From the human T2T-CHM13v2.0 reference genome, Homo sapiens, in NCBI RefSeq assembly GCF_009914755.1, contig NC_060932.1: 64,000 nt of DNA; one strand, 5' to 3'. Position 1 is the first letter of the stretch; each line of letters begins with the position of its first letter. A model generated the notes under the pieces. The model saw only the letters and a program-made list of their open reading frames with translations. It did no database searches and had not been told where the DNA came from. Shown here piece after piece: positions 46,774-59,712 of this stretch. A program made the position numbers and the translations under genes.

Positions 46774-48041
46774 TGAAAGGTCTTCAAAAAGTTCATGGAA
46801 AATTCTTATTATGAAAAAATTATGCACAGATTTCAAAAAAATTTTGCACCAAAATAAACTCATAATAACTTGCTATAACATTTCTAGACAGGATATAGTT
46901 TGAACCACTCACAAGAATTAGACATCAGTTTGAAAAGAACCCCTGTCAGAGCAACACAAATTTGCTAACACTGAAGCAAGAACAAATATCAAATTTATGG
47001 TGAAGCCTGGAAGGAAGAAGAGTGCAATTACTGATCCTTTACAAAAAGTTTGTAGGGACAATGCCCCAAAGAAATAAGCAGTTAATAAATTGATTTCTCA
47101 TTGTAAGAAGGCATGAGATGATGTTGAAGGTGAAGCCTGCAGTGGCAAACCATCCACATCAATTTTTAAGGAAAAAATTAACCTTGTTAATGCCCTAATT
47201 GAACAAGACCAACAACAGCAGAAACAATAGGCAACCTCATAGACATCTCACTTGGTTCAAATGTACACAATTCTGACTACAAAATTAAAGTTGAGCAAAC
47301 TTTCCACTCAATGGGTGCCAAAACCATTGCACTCAGATCAACTGCAGACAAGAGCAGAGGTTTCAATGGAAATTTTAAACCAGTGAGATCAAGATCCTAA
47401 AGCATTTTTTTTCAAATAATTGTAACAGGAGATGAAACATGGCTTTACTGGTATGATCCTGAAGACAAAGCACAATCAAAGCAATGGCTACCAAGAGGTG
47501 GAAGTGGTCCAATCAAAGCAAAAGTGGACCAGTCAAGAGCAAAGGTCATGGCAACAGATTTCTGAGATGATCAAGACATTCTGCTTGTTGACTTTCTGGA
47601 GGGCCAAAGAACGATAACATCTCCTTATTATGAGAGAGTTTTGAGAATGTTAGCCAAGCTTTAGCAGAAAAAAAAAAATGCTTCACTAGAATGTCCTTCT
47701 CCACCAAGACAATGTTCCTTCTTGTTACTCTCATCAAGAGTTTCAGTGGGAAATCACTAGGCATCCACCTTACAGTCCTGATTTGGCCCCTTTCTCACTT
47801 CTTTTTTCTTGCTAATCTTAAAAAGTCTGTACCTATTTTTCTTCAATGAATAATGTGAAAAAGACTGCATATACCTTGTTAAATTCCCAATACCCTCAAT
47901 TTTGGGGGTTGGGCTAAATGGCTGGTATCATCACTTCCAAAAGTATCTTAACTTGATGGAAATTATATTGAGAAAAAAGTTTATAGTTTAAAATTTTTAT
48001 CTTTAAATTCCATTTCCCATGAACTTTTTGGAGTCCCCTTG
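46774..48041 (+). mobile_element. Full-length HSMAR2 mariner DNA transposon with a decayed transposase pseudogene
   Basis: TIRs ggtcttcaaaaagttcatggaaaat / atttcccatgaactttttggagtcccc; TA on both sides (46772, 48042); mariner motifs WVPKPL (47312), IVTGDETW (47419), HQDN (47702), HPPYSPDLAP (47762); frameshifted. Confidence 0.93.
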
Positions 48042-49527
48042 TATTCCTCTCTTTAATGCTTCCATTATTTTCCTAATCACTATACTTCCACCTTCTACTA
48101 GGCTGTGATTTTCTCAAGGACAAAGGTTATGATGTATTTATCACCATATAAATGAGAGTTAGGAAAGGAAGGGAGGGAAGGAGAGAGACAGCTTTTCTAT
48201 AGATGGTGAGTCTGGGACAATAAAGCATAAGGAAGAAGATAACAGCTCCCCAGATTTGAGGACAACTTATGGAAAGATTAAGTTGGTAGGAACATTTTAA
48301 ACTATCAGAAGAAAGGATGTAGTTACAATAAAGATAACAGATGGACAAAGCATGAGGAAACAGAATAAACTTCCTTGGTATTTGCTGCCCATAACAAGGG
48401 AACAGGCAGCAGTAGAAGCAATCTGATTATCTAGGTACATAGACATTGCTAGGTTTTAAATTCTCATTCCTTAAATGATTCTTACAAGATTTGCTGGACT
48501 TTATAAACTTATATGGCTGGGCCAACTTTGCATAGTACATGTATTCTATAGAAATTAATATGTATGTTGAAATAATTAGACAAATACACAACTCACTGGA
48601 GGTTTTTTCCATAAAAGCTATTAAACTGAAAGGAAAGTCAAATTCATGTATAATGGGATTTGCTGAATGTTCATCTCTATGTGGCTCAAGGCTGTGTCAA
48701 TGTGGGACTAGTAGAAAAGTAATTCTATGTCTATTAGGTGGTTTGCATAAAATCACCAAGTATCATTTTCATAGGGCCCCAATTCACTCTCACCAAGTAA
48801 TTCTAGAGTTAGGAACCTTTCCAAAGAATTCCTGCAGAGCTATACTGGGATAAAATCTGGCCCTTTGTGAATATAAAATGGAATTTTATTTAAACAGTTG
48901 TAGCTCTTTGGGTCTTTTCTGGCTGACTCTAATATTGCTCCTTGTCTATATACTTTGGACACATTTTCACCTCCCCCTAGTAGAGTTTTACTGTTTAATC
49001 ATCTTCCTCTTACCACCTCCCCCTTCTAGTGAGTTCTGTGTTAGAATGAACAACTATTCCTTAGTGGTCTGTTGATGAATTTCACAGGAAAGTTATCACT
49101 AATAATCTCCAACGCATGTCCCTAAATTTGGTACACTGACTGAGTCACTTAATCTTCCTATACCATCATTTTTCCAGCTGTGAAATTTGCTGATAAGTCT
49201 TCATGCCTCAAGGTTTTCTACTGCAAAGGTTTCTGCTGCATAGCTTTTCCACCATTTCTTTGTCCAGAGTAAGTAACGACTTTCAAAGTCCACGTGAAAA
49301 AGGCTGACTTCAATTATTGTTCCACCTGTGTCACTTCTCTGGCAAACATGGGCCAATAAAAATGCATGTGACCTGCAAAATCTTTAGTAGTATTTTTGCC
49401 AAATAATTCTAGTTTATGACTGTGAACTTGAATCAGCTATGCACTGGTCAAATCATCTAATCATCAGACCTAGCCATCAGGATCAGTTTGTGCTTATCCA
49501 ATAATAGATTATAATTTATTTTTAAAA

Positions 49528-50540
49528 ATATTTTATTTTAAGATTGACACATAATAATTGTACATGTTTATGGGCTACATAGTGATGTTTCAATACATAT
49601 AATGTATAGTGATCAGATCAAAGTAATTAGCATATTCGTCACCTCAGACATTTATCATTTCTTTGTATTGGGGAATTTGATAGCCTCCTTCTAACTATTT
49701 GAAACTATGTAACTGATTATTGGTAACTGTAGTCATCTTACAGTGATATAGGACACTAGAACTTTTTTTCCTATCTAGTTGTAATATTATATATTATATC
49801 CTTTAACAAATCTCTCCCCTTCTTCCTCCTTCCCCTACCCTTTCCAGCCTCTACTTTTTACTTCTGTGAGACCAACTTTTTTTTAGCTTCCACATGAGTG
49901 AGAATATGCAGTGTTTAACTTTCTGTTCCTGGCTTATTTGACATAACATAAAGTCTTCCAGTTCCATCCATGTTGCTGCAAATGACAGGATTTCATTTTG
50001 TATTCCATCGTGTATATGTATATTTTCTTTATCCTTTCATCTGTTGATGGACACCTAGGTTGATTCCATATCTTGGCTATTGTGAATGGTGCTGCAAAAA
50101 TCATGGGGATGCAAGTGTCTCTTCAATATACTGATTTCCTCTCCTTTGGAGAAATATCCAGTATTGGGATTACTGGATCATGTGGTACCTCTAGTTTTTT
50201 TTAAGAACCTCCATACTATTTTTCACAGTGCTGTACTAGTTTTCATTCCCACCAAAAGTGTGTAAGAGTTCCCTTTTCTCGGCATCCTTGCCGGCATGTG
50301 TTACTTTTTGTCTTTTTGATAACAGCCATCCTAAGGTGAGATGATACTTCATTGTGGTTTTGATTTGCATTTCCCTGATGATTAGTGATGCTGAGCATTT
50401 TAAAATATATTTGTTGGACATTTGTATGTCTTCTTTAGAGAAATGTCTGTTCAGATCATTTGCCCATTTTTAAATTGGATTGTTTTTTGCTGTTGAGATG
50501 TTTGAGTTCCTTGTATATTCTAGATATTAACTCCTTGTCT
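49528..50540 (-). mobile_element. L1MA 3' fragment
   Basis: ataattgtacat...gtgatcagatca...gttccatccatgttgctgcaaatgacagg...ttgatttgcatttccctg. Confidence 0.88.
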
Positions 50541-51239
50541 AATTTTTGATTAAAGAAAAAAAGATTTATTTATACAGCCAAAAATAATTATTGGGTATAT
50601 ATGATGTGCCGGGTATGGTGAAGCACGGTGAGTGTTGTTTCTGGCCTTAGAGGTGGGAATGAGTTAACCATGGGATGAGCTTTAGGCTATGAGTAAAGTA
50701 ATTTCTATGGTTGACAATTGGGCTTATCAGTAATGTCTAAGTAAGGACTCTGTCCTTGTTCCACTCTCTGGTACCAGCTTAAGAAGGCCAGACCATCTTT
50801 CTTCCCTACCAACCCCTTGGCCAGAGTAAAGAGCCAAACTCACCTCCCTGGGAGTGAATGGTATCCATGCTAGCCCAAGCATCATCACATCAGCCACGTC
50901 ACATCAGCTGCGGCAGCCTAGATTCCCAACCTTCCGGAAAACTTAACCTAAAAATTCCCCTCAAGCAATCTGAAAGTCTTTCCTTCCCTTTGCCACCAAA
51001 TGTCTTGAAACAGGGACCTACTATGCTGCCTACATTTTTTTTAACACCACTTTCTCCCCTCTCAAGTTTATCTTCAATGTTATTCACTGTGGCATCTGAT
51101 CCCATTGCTTGACTGCTCAAAGCACTTTGCTAGCTCCTATGGGTTCACCATATCAAGTTCAAGTAGTTCAAACTTTTCAATCTGAACTGAGACCATTTCT
51201 ATCTTTTTAATGAGATGCATTATTAACTAAAAAAATCCT

Positions 51240-51470
51240 TTATTGAAAATTGAGTATGTGTTGGGCAAGATGCTTATGCTTTCTAAGCATTAACTCACTT
51301 TGTCCTCACAACAACATGGTGACACTGATACAATTATTAGCCCAGTTTACAGATGAGCAATAGAAAGCCCAGAAAGGTTTAGTAACTGACCCACCATCAG
51401 CTGCCTTAGGGTGGAACTGGAAATCAGGCCTGGATCTGCCTGATTCACTGAAAGCTTTCCATGCCTGCTG
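51240..51470 (-). mobile_element. MIR
   Basis: tcctcacaacaac...tttacagatgag...aaaggtttagtaact. Confidence 0.7.
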
Positions 51471-52194
51471 CCTCTCATGGCTTCTGGTAAGCCCATCTTA
51501 CAGTTTCTCTCTCTCATTTCCCATATCAACAGGATAGCCAGTGCAAAAGGACATGCAGTCATCCTGAATATATATCTACATTTTCTGATAATCCTCGGGA
51601 TGCACAGGGGCCTCCAGACCAAATGGAGGCCAAAATCATGAGGGAACACAACTGAAACACAGAAGAGCAAGCCGCCAACACCTACCCTCACCCACACTCT
51701 TGTGACAGGTGGGAGAGATGGCCTGTGTATATTGTGTCCCATTGGCCAAGATCTCCTTTGGATGGGTTAGAGAAAGCATATCTTTGAATTAATTTCAGCA
51801 AATGCCAAATACTCAGTAGGCAACCCCCTGCCCTATACACACCACAAGCCACTGACCTCTGCTTCAGTGGGGCTCCACTGCATTCCAGTTTATCAGGACA
51901 AGTATTTTGTTTCATAAGCTTAATAGATTGTAAGTACCTTATCTGATTGTCTCTGCACCCCAGCATTGAGCAGCGTCTGAGCATCTGCTCAATAGCTCAG
52001 CTCCATTTCCACCTTTCTGAGAAGCCTTCCCTTACACCAACCAGCATGCTATTTCTCATTTTCAAGCAGGAGTAAGAAAACCCTCCTCTGCATTTCCAAA
52101 GCACCACATTCATTTCACCAGAAAAACCTGTCACCACTAGTGAGCCCTGGTTATTTCTCCAACTTTACCTTCTTTACTGCCCCCTTGATTTTTC

Positions 52195-53121
52195 ATTTTT
52201 TAAACTTTAAATTAATGATTTATAATTGTTTAAATGTATGGGGCACAAAATGATGTGATTTATGCATACAATGTGGTATAATTAAAGCTAGGTAACATAT
52301 CCATCACTTCAAATACATTTTTTGTGGTGAGAACATTTGAAATTTACTCTCTTAGCAATTTTGAAGTGTACAATACTCTTGTTAACTATATTCACTACAC
52401 TGTCAATAGAACTCCCTCCCTTCTCTCTATATGTATATATATATGTGTGCGTATAGTTATATACATAAATATTTATATATATATATACATCTATTCCTTC
52501 TGTTTGAGATTTTGTTTGCTTTGACCATCAACTACTCATTCTCACCACCCCCTAGCCTCTGTAATCACCATTCTACTCTCTGCTTCTGTGGGTTTGATTG
52601 TTTCAGATTCAACACATAAGTGGATCATGTGGTATTAATCTTTCTGTGCCTGTCTTATTTCACTTAGCATCATGGCCTCCAGTTCCATTTATGTTGTCAC
52701 AAATGACAGGATTTCCTTCTTTTTTGAGGCTGAATAATCCTCCATTGTATAAATATATCGTGTTTTCTTCATCCACTCATTCATTGGTAGACACTTAGAT
52801 TGATTCATGTCTTGGCTATTGTGAATAGTGCGGCAATGAACATGGGAATGCAAACACCTCTTTGATATACTGATTTGAAATCTTTTGAATAAATACCCAG
52901 AAGTGAGATTGATGGATCATATGGTAGTTCTATTTTTAATTTTTTGAGGAACCTTCATACATTTTTCCATAATGGCTGTACTAATTTACATTTCCACCAA
53001 CAGTATAAAGGGTTCCTTTTCCTCCACATTCTCACCAACATTTGTTATCTTTCATCTTTCGATAATAGCCGTTGGGCAGGTGTGAGGTGAGATCTCACTA
53101 TGGTTTCGATTTGCATTTCCC
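52195..53121 (-). mobile_element. L1MA (MA6-8-like) 3' fragment
   Basis: gtggtgagaacatttgaaatttactctcttagcaattttg...tggctattgtgaatagtgc...ttgcatttccc. Confidence 0.88.
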
Positions 53122-53550
53122 TCCTTGCTTTTCCTGCTCCAGCCACATTGGCTTTCCTTCCATTTCTCAGTCATGCAGGTTACCACATCAGGGCTTTGCA
53201 CTCTCTGGGAACTCTGTTCCCCCGGAGCCACATGGCTCACTCCCTCATTTCCCTCTTAAGAACCACCTCCTCAGAGAGGCTGTCCCCAAACACCCTATCC
53301 AACTAGCGCCAACTCCCACCACCACTCTCTAGACCCCTACCCTCTTCAGAGCACTGGCCTACCTACTTAATTTTTCCTTTGTATTTGTCCATATAGCTAC
53401 TTACAGCGAAAGGAAAGCTCCTTGAGGACAGGGACTTCATCAATTCTCTTTTAGAACAGTCATAAGAGAGTAATAGCAGTAATAAGTAGAGTGTTCTCTT
53501 AAAACATCATAAGCACTTAATGCATACCTAGTAAATGAATGAGTGAATTC
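53122..53550 (+). mobile_element. L2 3' fragment
   Basis: ctccagccacattggc...cagggctttgca...ctcctcagagaggc...aagctccttgaggacaggga. Confidence 0.75.
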
Positions 53551-53689
53551 CTCAAAAGACTCTGAGAGCCTCATCTGCCAGGGTTGTGTCGTACTCATCC
53601 TTCAACTGCTAGCATCTAATGTGAGTGCCTAGGACAAGACAGGAGCTTTTTGCCTAACTTATGCTACGAATTAGAGGTGTGTGCAGAGA

Positions 53690-53935
53690 AGCAACTGACC
53701 TTTACTGTCTATGTGATGGGTGCTCTGCTATGTGCCTTCAGGATAATGCTTTATTTTATCCTCATAACTTTATGAAGTAGATGCTATTGCCCCCACTTAA
53801 GAAGGAAGGAGACTCAGTGTCACAAATCTGGTGCAATTTGCCCACGGGCACACAGATAGTTAGGGACATGTGTGGGATCTGAAGCCAGTTCTTACATCAA
53901 TGCCTATATTCTTTCTTCCAGCTTGTTGCCTCTCC
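53690..53935 (-). mobile_element. MIR
   Basis: ttatcctcataac...atgaagtagatgctatt...tttgcccacggg. Confidence 0.6.
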
Positions 53936-54844
53936 AGAGAGCTTAGCTACATTTAAAAAAATGGATATTTGACCCACACAAAATCCTCTAAGGAATGAAG
54001 TAAATCGAATTGAAAATATAGAAAATTTTTTTCTAATTAAGCTATTTTACTTTCCCTGATTTTAAAATTTATTTTTCCCCTAAGTCAATGATATTTTCAG
54101 ATTTCCTTTCAAGAGAAAGTAGGATGGAAGTGATTATGATGATAAACATGACAGTCATTTAAACCAATTGTGAATATAAAATGCTGTATCAAGCACAGCA
54201 GTGGTGAAGCTAATGTCATTGTTACTGCTTTCAAATGGGCCACATCTTTTTCAGAAAAATTAATTAACTTGCTCTCACAGCTCTTTTAACTTAACCTTGA
54301 GCAGTTGTAAATTTATCTTTTTTAAAAAATGGAAGGGTTTGCAAATATACTCCATTCCTGAGATCTCAAGGAAAGACTTCCGTTTCTTGGAAGAGTGCTG
54401 TTGAGGATGTGCCTTTCTGGGTGCAAGACCCAAGCACCAGACAGCGCTCATCTTCAAACTGTGTTTCATGGAGGCTTATTTGGAGAGTCATGGGTATTTT
54501 GCAAGAAGAGTGAAGCTTGGACTAGTTTATAAAAGTACTGATTTTTAAATATTTTACATTTTAGTAAGTCTGAAGTCAGTGCCCTTGCCAGATGACATCA
54601 TCAGCCTGGTGGTTGTGGTCCATGTGCTCCCAGTCAACTAAGGACACATCAGGAGACAACCATTGTGAGAATGGAAATCCAGAGGCAGAGGTTTATGTTC
54701 CTTTGACTCAATAATCACCGTGCCTATTGCAGTGTGGTGGTCCTTGGTCCTGTCAATTAAAACCCAATAACATAAAATAAGACTAAAACTCGCCCTCACT
54801 TGTTTAAGACTAACTTCTCTTAGCTTTAAATACAACCTGTGTGT

Positions 54845-56282
54845 CATTGACTCCTCAATGTACATCTCCAGCTAGAACTTCTCACATGGACTCTGCAACC
54901 CACCCATCTGCAGCAGCTAGCATCTCCACCTAGAGGGCTTAGAGGCACCTCGAACGTACCATGTCCCTGAGCCCTTAGCTGGCCCTCACCTGTGTGCACC
55001 CGCATAGCCCCTGCTGCCATTGGCCCTGTCTCGGCATTGTCACCTCTACTCTTCTAGTGGCTCAAACCAAAAATCCTGGAATCATTCTTGATTCCTCCTT
55101 TCTCTCACGTTGCACAAGAGACTATCAGAGATCCTATTGGATTTACCTCAAAACACACCCAGAATTCAGTCCATTCTCACCACCTTCTCTGCTGCCACGC
55201 TGGTCCAAGCCACCATCATTGTTCCCTTGCACTCTTAAAATTGTCCCTAACTGGTGCCCCTGCCTCTGCCCTTGTGCCCCCAATATAGTCTGCAAAGTAC
55301 TTTAAAAAAAAATGGAAGTTCAATCATGATTATACTGTTCCACTGCTCAAGACCCTCCTATGGTCCTCCATATTACTGAGAAGATAAATCAAGAGCTGGT
55401 ATTACTTTCCTAGGGTTTCTGTACCAAATTACCACAAGCATAGAGGTTTAAAACAACAGAAATTTTACTCTCTCAAAGTTCTAGATGTGAGAAGTCTGGA
55501 AGCAAGGTGCGCACAGGCCCACACTCCTTCTGGAAGCTTTGGGGAGAATGTGTTCATTGCCTTTTCCAGCTCCTGGCACTGGCTGGCACTCCTTGGCTTG
55601 TGGACACATCTCTCTGTGTTCTGTCTTCTGATTGCCTGCTCTTCTTCATGTCTGACTTATAAGTATACATGTGATTGCCTTTAGGGCTACCTAGATAATC
55701 CAGAACAAGCTCTGCCGCCGAAGATGGTTAACTTGGTCATATTTTTGCCATGTAAGAGAGTAATCACAGGTTCCAGGGATTTGGACACAAACATATATTT
55801 TGGGGCAACCATCGTTCAACCCATTATAGGGACCTATGTGATCTATCCCCTTCACCTCTCTGGCCTCATCTCCTGCTCCTTTTATCCTTGTTCTCTCCTC
55901 TCCATACTCACTGGCCTTCTTGCTGTGCTTTGTGTAGACCAAGCTCATTCCTCCCACGGGGCCTTTGCATGTGCTGTTTCCTCTGCTGGAATGCTGGCTG
56001 TCGCCTCCTTCAGGTCTTTACTCAAGAGTTACCTCCTCAGGGAGGTTTTCCCTGGTCACTCTATCTCAAATTTACCTCCTAGCATTTCATTTACCCCTTC
56101 CTTGCTTTACTTCTTCTCCTCAACACTTATAGATTTTACCTAATTGTTTGTCTGCCTTCCCCACCAGAATGAAAGCTCCCTGAGGGCAGGGACTTCTGTC
56201 TGTCTAATTCACTGATATGTCCACAGCACCTAGACCAGTGCTTGGCACAGAGTCTTTCAGTAAATCTTTATTGAAAGAATAA
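54845..56282 (+). mobile_element. L2a, interrupted by an MLT1 LTR
   Basis: gactcctcaatgtacatctccagc...ggaatcattcttgattcctc...ggtccaagccaccatc...gggcctttgca...agcacctagaccagtgcttggcacag...ttgaaagaat. Confidence 0.85.
55398..55828 (-). mobile_element. MLT1 (C-E-like) MaLR LTR
   Basis: tattactttcctagggt...taccacaa...aaacaacagaaattt...acaggttccagggatt. Confidence 0.8.
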
Positions 56283-56284
56283 AG

Positions 56285-56500
56285 ATATTGAGCACTTAAC
56301 CACTTGCTAGACACTATGCTAAGGGTCTCATATACATGAACTCATAATGATCTTCACAACAATACTAAATGGAGGGCAGGCCCATTTTCCAGAGGAGGAA
56401 CATGTGGCTTCCAGATTTAGTCACCCAAGATCACATAGCCAGAAAGAAGCCCAGTCAGGATTCAAACCCACACTGTCTGACCCCAAAGCCTGTGTGGGCA
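56285..56500 (-). mobile_element. MIR
   Basis: tattgagcactt...atcttcacaacaa...cccattttccagaggaggaa...ggattcaaaccca. Confidence 0.7.
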
Positions 56501-56518
56501 ATGACTACAAATACTATT

Positions 56519-56899
56519 GGTATTAGTTTGCCAGGGCTGCCATAACAAAGTACCACAGACTGGGGCCTTAAACACAGAAATGTCCTCATAGTGCTGGAGG
56601 CTGGAAATCCAAGATCAAGGTGGCGACAGTGTTGGTTCCTCCTAAGGCCTCTCTCCTGGGTTGTAGATGGCTGTCTTCTCCTGTGTTGTCACATCGTCTT
56701 CTGTATGTGTGTGTCTATGTCCTCGTCTCCTCTTCTTACAATGACACTAGTCATATTGGATTAGGGCCTACCCAGATGACATCATTCTACTTTAATTACT
56801 TCTTTAAAGACCCTGTCTCCAAATCCTGTCACATTCTGAGATGCTGGGGGCTTGGCTTCAACATATACATTTGGGGGAACCACAGTTCAGTCCATAACA
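56519..56899 (-). mobile_element. MLT1A0-like MaLR LTR
   Basis: tattagtttgccagggctgccataacaaagtaccacagact...cacagttcagtccataaca. Confidence 0.85.
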
Positions 56900-57216
56900 C
56901 TACTTCTCCATCAGAACAGCAGCCAAAAGAAAGGACTCCCCTATTCTTGAATCCTTCATCCATAGTTCATTTCTCTGCCATCTTTATCTGCAGCGGTTCT
57001 TTCTCCTCAGCTAACAATGCATATAACTCTATGCAATGAAAAAAATCCTCCATCATTCTATCCCCTTCAGGTTGGTATCCACGCTCTTCTTCACTTCACT
57101 AACAAACTTCAACAGTCTCTCTTAATTTTGTTTCAGTCTCTTAAAATCATCCTTCCTCCCAACATTCAATGGCATTGCTTTTACAACGGTCACAAAGCTC
57201 AGGCTTATGGCCTCTT

Positions 57217-57505
57217 ATTTTTTTATTTCTTAGAGACAGGGTCTTGCTCTGTTGCCCAGGCTAGAGTGCAGTGGTGCAATGTAGCCCCGACCTCCCAGAC
57301 TCAAGTGAACCTCCCACCTTGGCTATGGAGTAGTTAGAACCACAGGCACATGCCATCACACCTGGCTAATTAAAAAAAAAAATTGGTAGAGATGGGGTCC
57401 CACTATTGTTGCTCAGGCTGGTCTCAAACTCCTGGATTCAAGAGACCCTCTCACCTCAGCCTCCCTAAGTGCTGGGATTACAGGAATTAGCCACTATTCC
57501 TGGCC
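57217..57505 (-). mobile_element. AluJ with an internal deletion
   Basis: TSD CTTATGGC(C/T)TCTT at 57204 and 57506. Confidence 0.92.
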
Positions 57506-57718
57506 CTTATGGCTTCTTTACAACTTCTCTTATCTCTTCCTTTCAGCATTGCACACCCTTTACCACACTTCAGGCTTTCAGTCCACAGCTTATCTCTCAT
57601 AACTATGACTGCTCTTTGGTTGTTAAATGTCGGGAAAGGAGATCAGGAGTGATTTCTAGTTGATGGAGTAAGAATGGAGATGTCTATTTAGGGTTTATTA
57701 TTTGGGGGTTAGTATTTA

Positions 57719-58140
<422 letters not shown>

Positions 58141-58556
58141 TCTAGTATTCAATTTAGGTGAAAGGTCCCTCCTTGCCCTGCATCTTCAGTAAAGTCTGCT
58201 ACTCACAGTCAGTGGTAATCTGGGGAGTAAAGGAACCAAGGTAATGTCCTGAAGGGGCAAGGGCTTGAGAAAGGGAGAATGCACACAAGAGATTGCAAAT
58301 TCAGAGATAGCAGTTGACTAGAAGAGAGGTAAGAGGTGAACACATCATGAAATCCCAAGAGAGCTAGAAAAAGGTATAGTAGATATCCACCTTATAAGAA
58401 AAAGAAGCTCAAGCCAACTGATTTCAACATTAAAGGAAACAAGAACTAACACTGTCTGTAATTTGATTTAAAATACCTCAGCATAGAGTGAAATATATGT
58501 ATATGTTATCCTAGGAGTAACCTATCAGAAGCACAGTTAGCATTTGGAAAACCCTA

Positions 58557-58934
<378 letters not shown>

Positions 58935-58954
58935 TTAATAAAGAATGTTACAAG

Positions 58955-59082
58955 AGCCTGGTGTGATGTACACACCTATAGCCTCAGCTATATGGGAGGC
59001 TAAGGCAGGAAGATCACTTGAGCCCAGGAGTTCAAGGCCAGCTTGAGCAACATAGGAGGCCTCATCTCAAACAACAACAAAA
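58955..59082 (+). mobile_element. FLAM_A-like Alu monomer
   Basis: cctatagcctcagcta...cttgagcccaggagttcaaggccagc with a (CAA)n tail. Confidence 0.8.
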
Positions 59083-59245
59083 CTGTTATACAAATGTCCT
59101 CACTGGGGAAAGGAGTAGTGCTAAATATATAGGAATTGGCTAGAAATGCTGCGCAGGCTCCTTACATGAACAGGTTATTAGATTTGGTGACGCTAAGAAC
59201 CTAATTCCTTCAAAAGGTCCTGTTTTAATCACCTCCTATGCACCC

Positions 59246-59712
59246 TGTTGGTGAGAAAGAGATTCTGCTCTGAGGTCATGAGGACAGCTGAACACACAGC
59301 TGGACAGGTGAGATTGACAGCAGTTTATTAGTCACATATACTCACAGCCTGGGAGGAGACACTGCATGCCATGCAGGGCTGCACGGAGGTTATACTTGGG
59401 AATGCAGTGAACAACCAGGGGCTGTGGGAGGCAGGCTTGTAGTATCAAGAGGGTGAGACGCCCCCCTAGTTCCTGCAGGAGGATGCAATAGGCTTGTCTG
59501 AATAATTCCACAGGCTGGCAGGGAATAAAACTAGCTACTCAGAGATAAGCAGAAACTGTTTGTGGTTTCCATGATAAGGAGCTTTGTTTGGCTGGGGGAC
59601 CTTATCCAAAATAACAGAGGGAGGGGAACTGGTAGTTAGGCCATTTGAGACCCTATGGATTTTATAAGATCCAAGGCAGCACACAATATTGGGTCTTGAT
59701 TTTAGATCACAC
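59246..59712 (-). mobile_element. Probable ERVL-class solo LTR (family unresolved)
   Basis: TG...CA-like ends, tttatt (AATAAA on minus) at ~59325, LTR-like size and composition. Confidence 0.45.
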
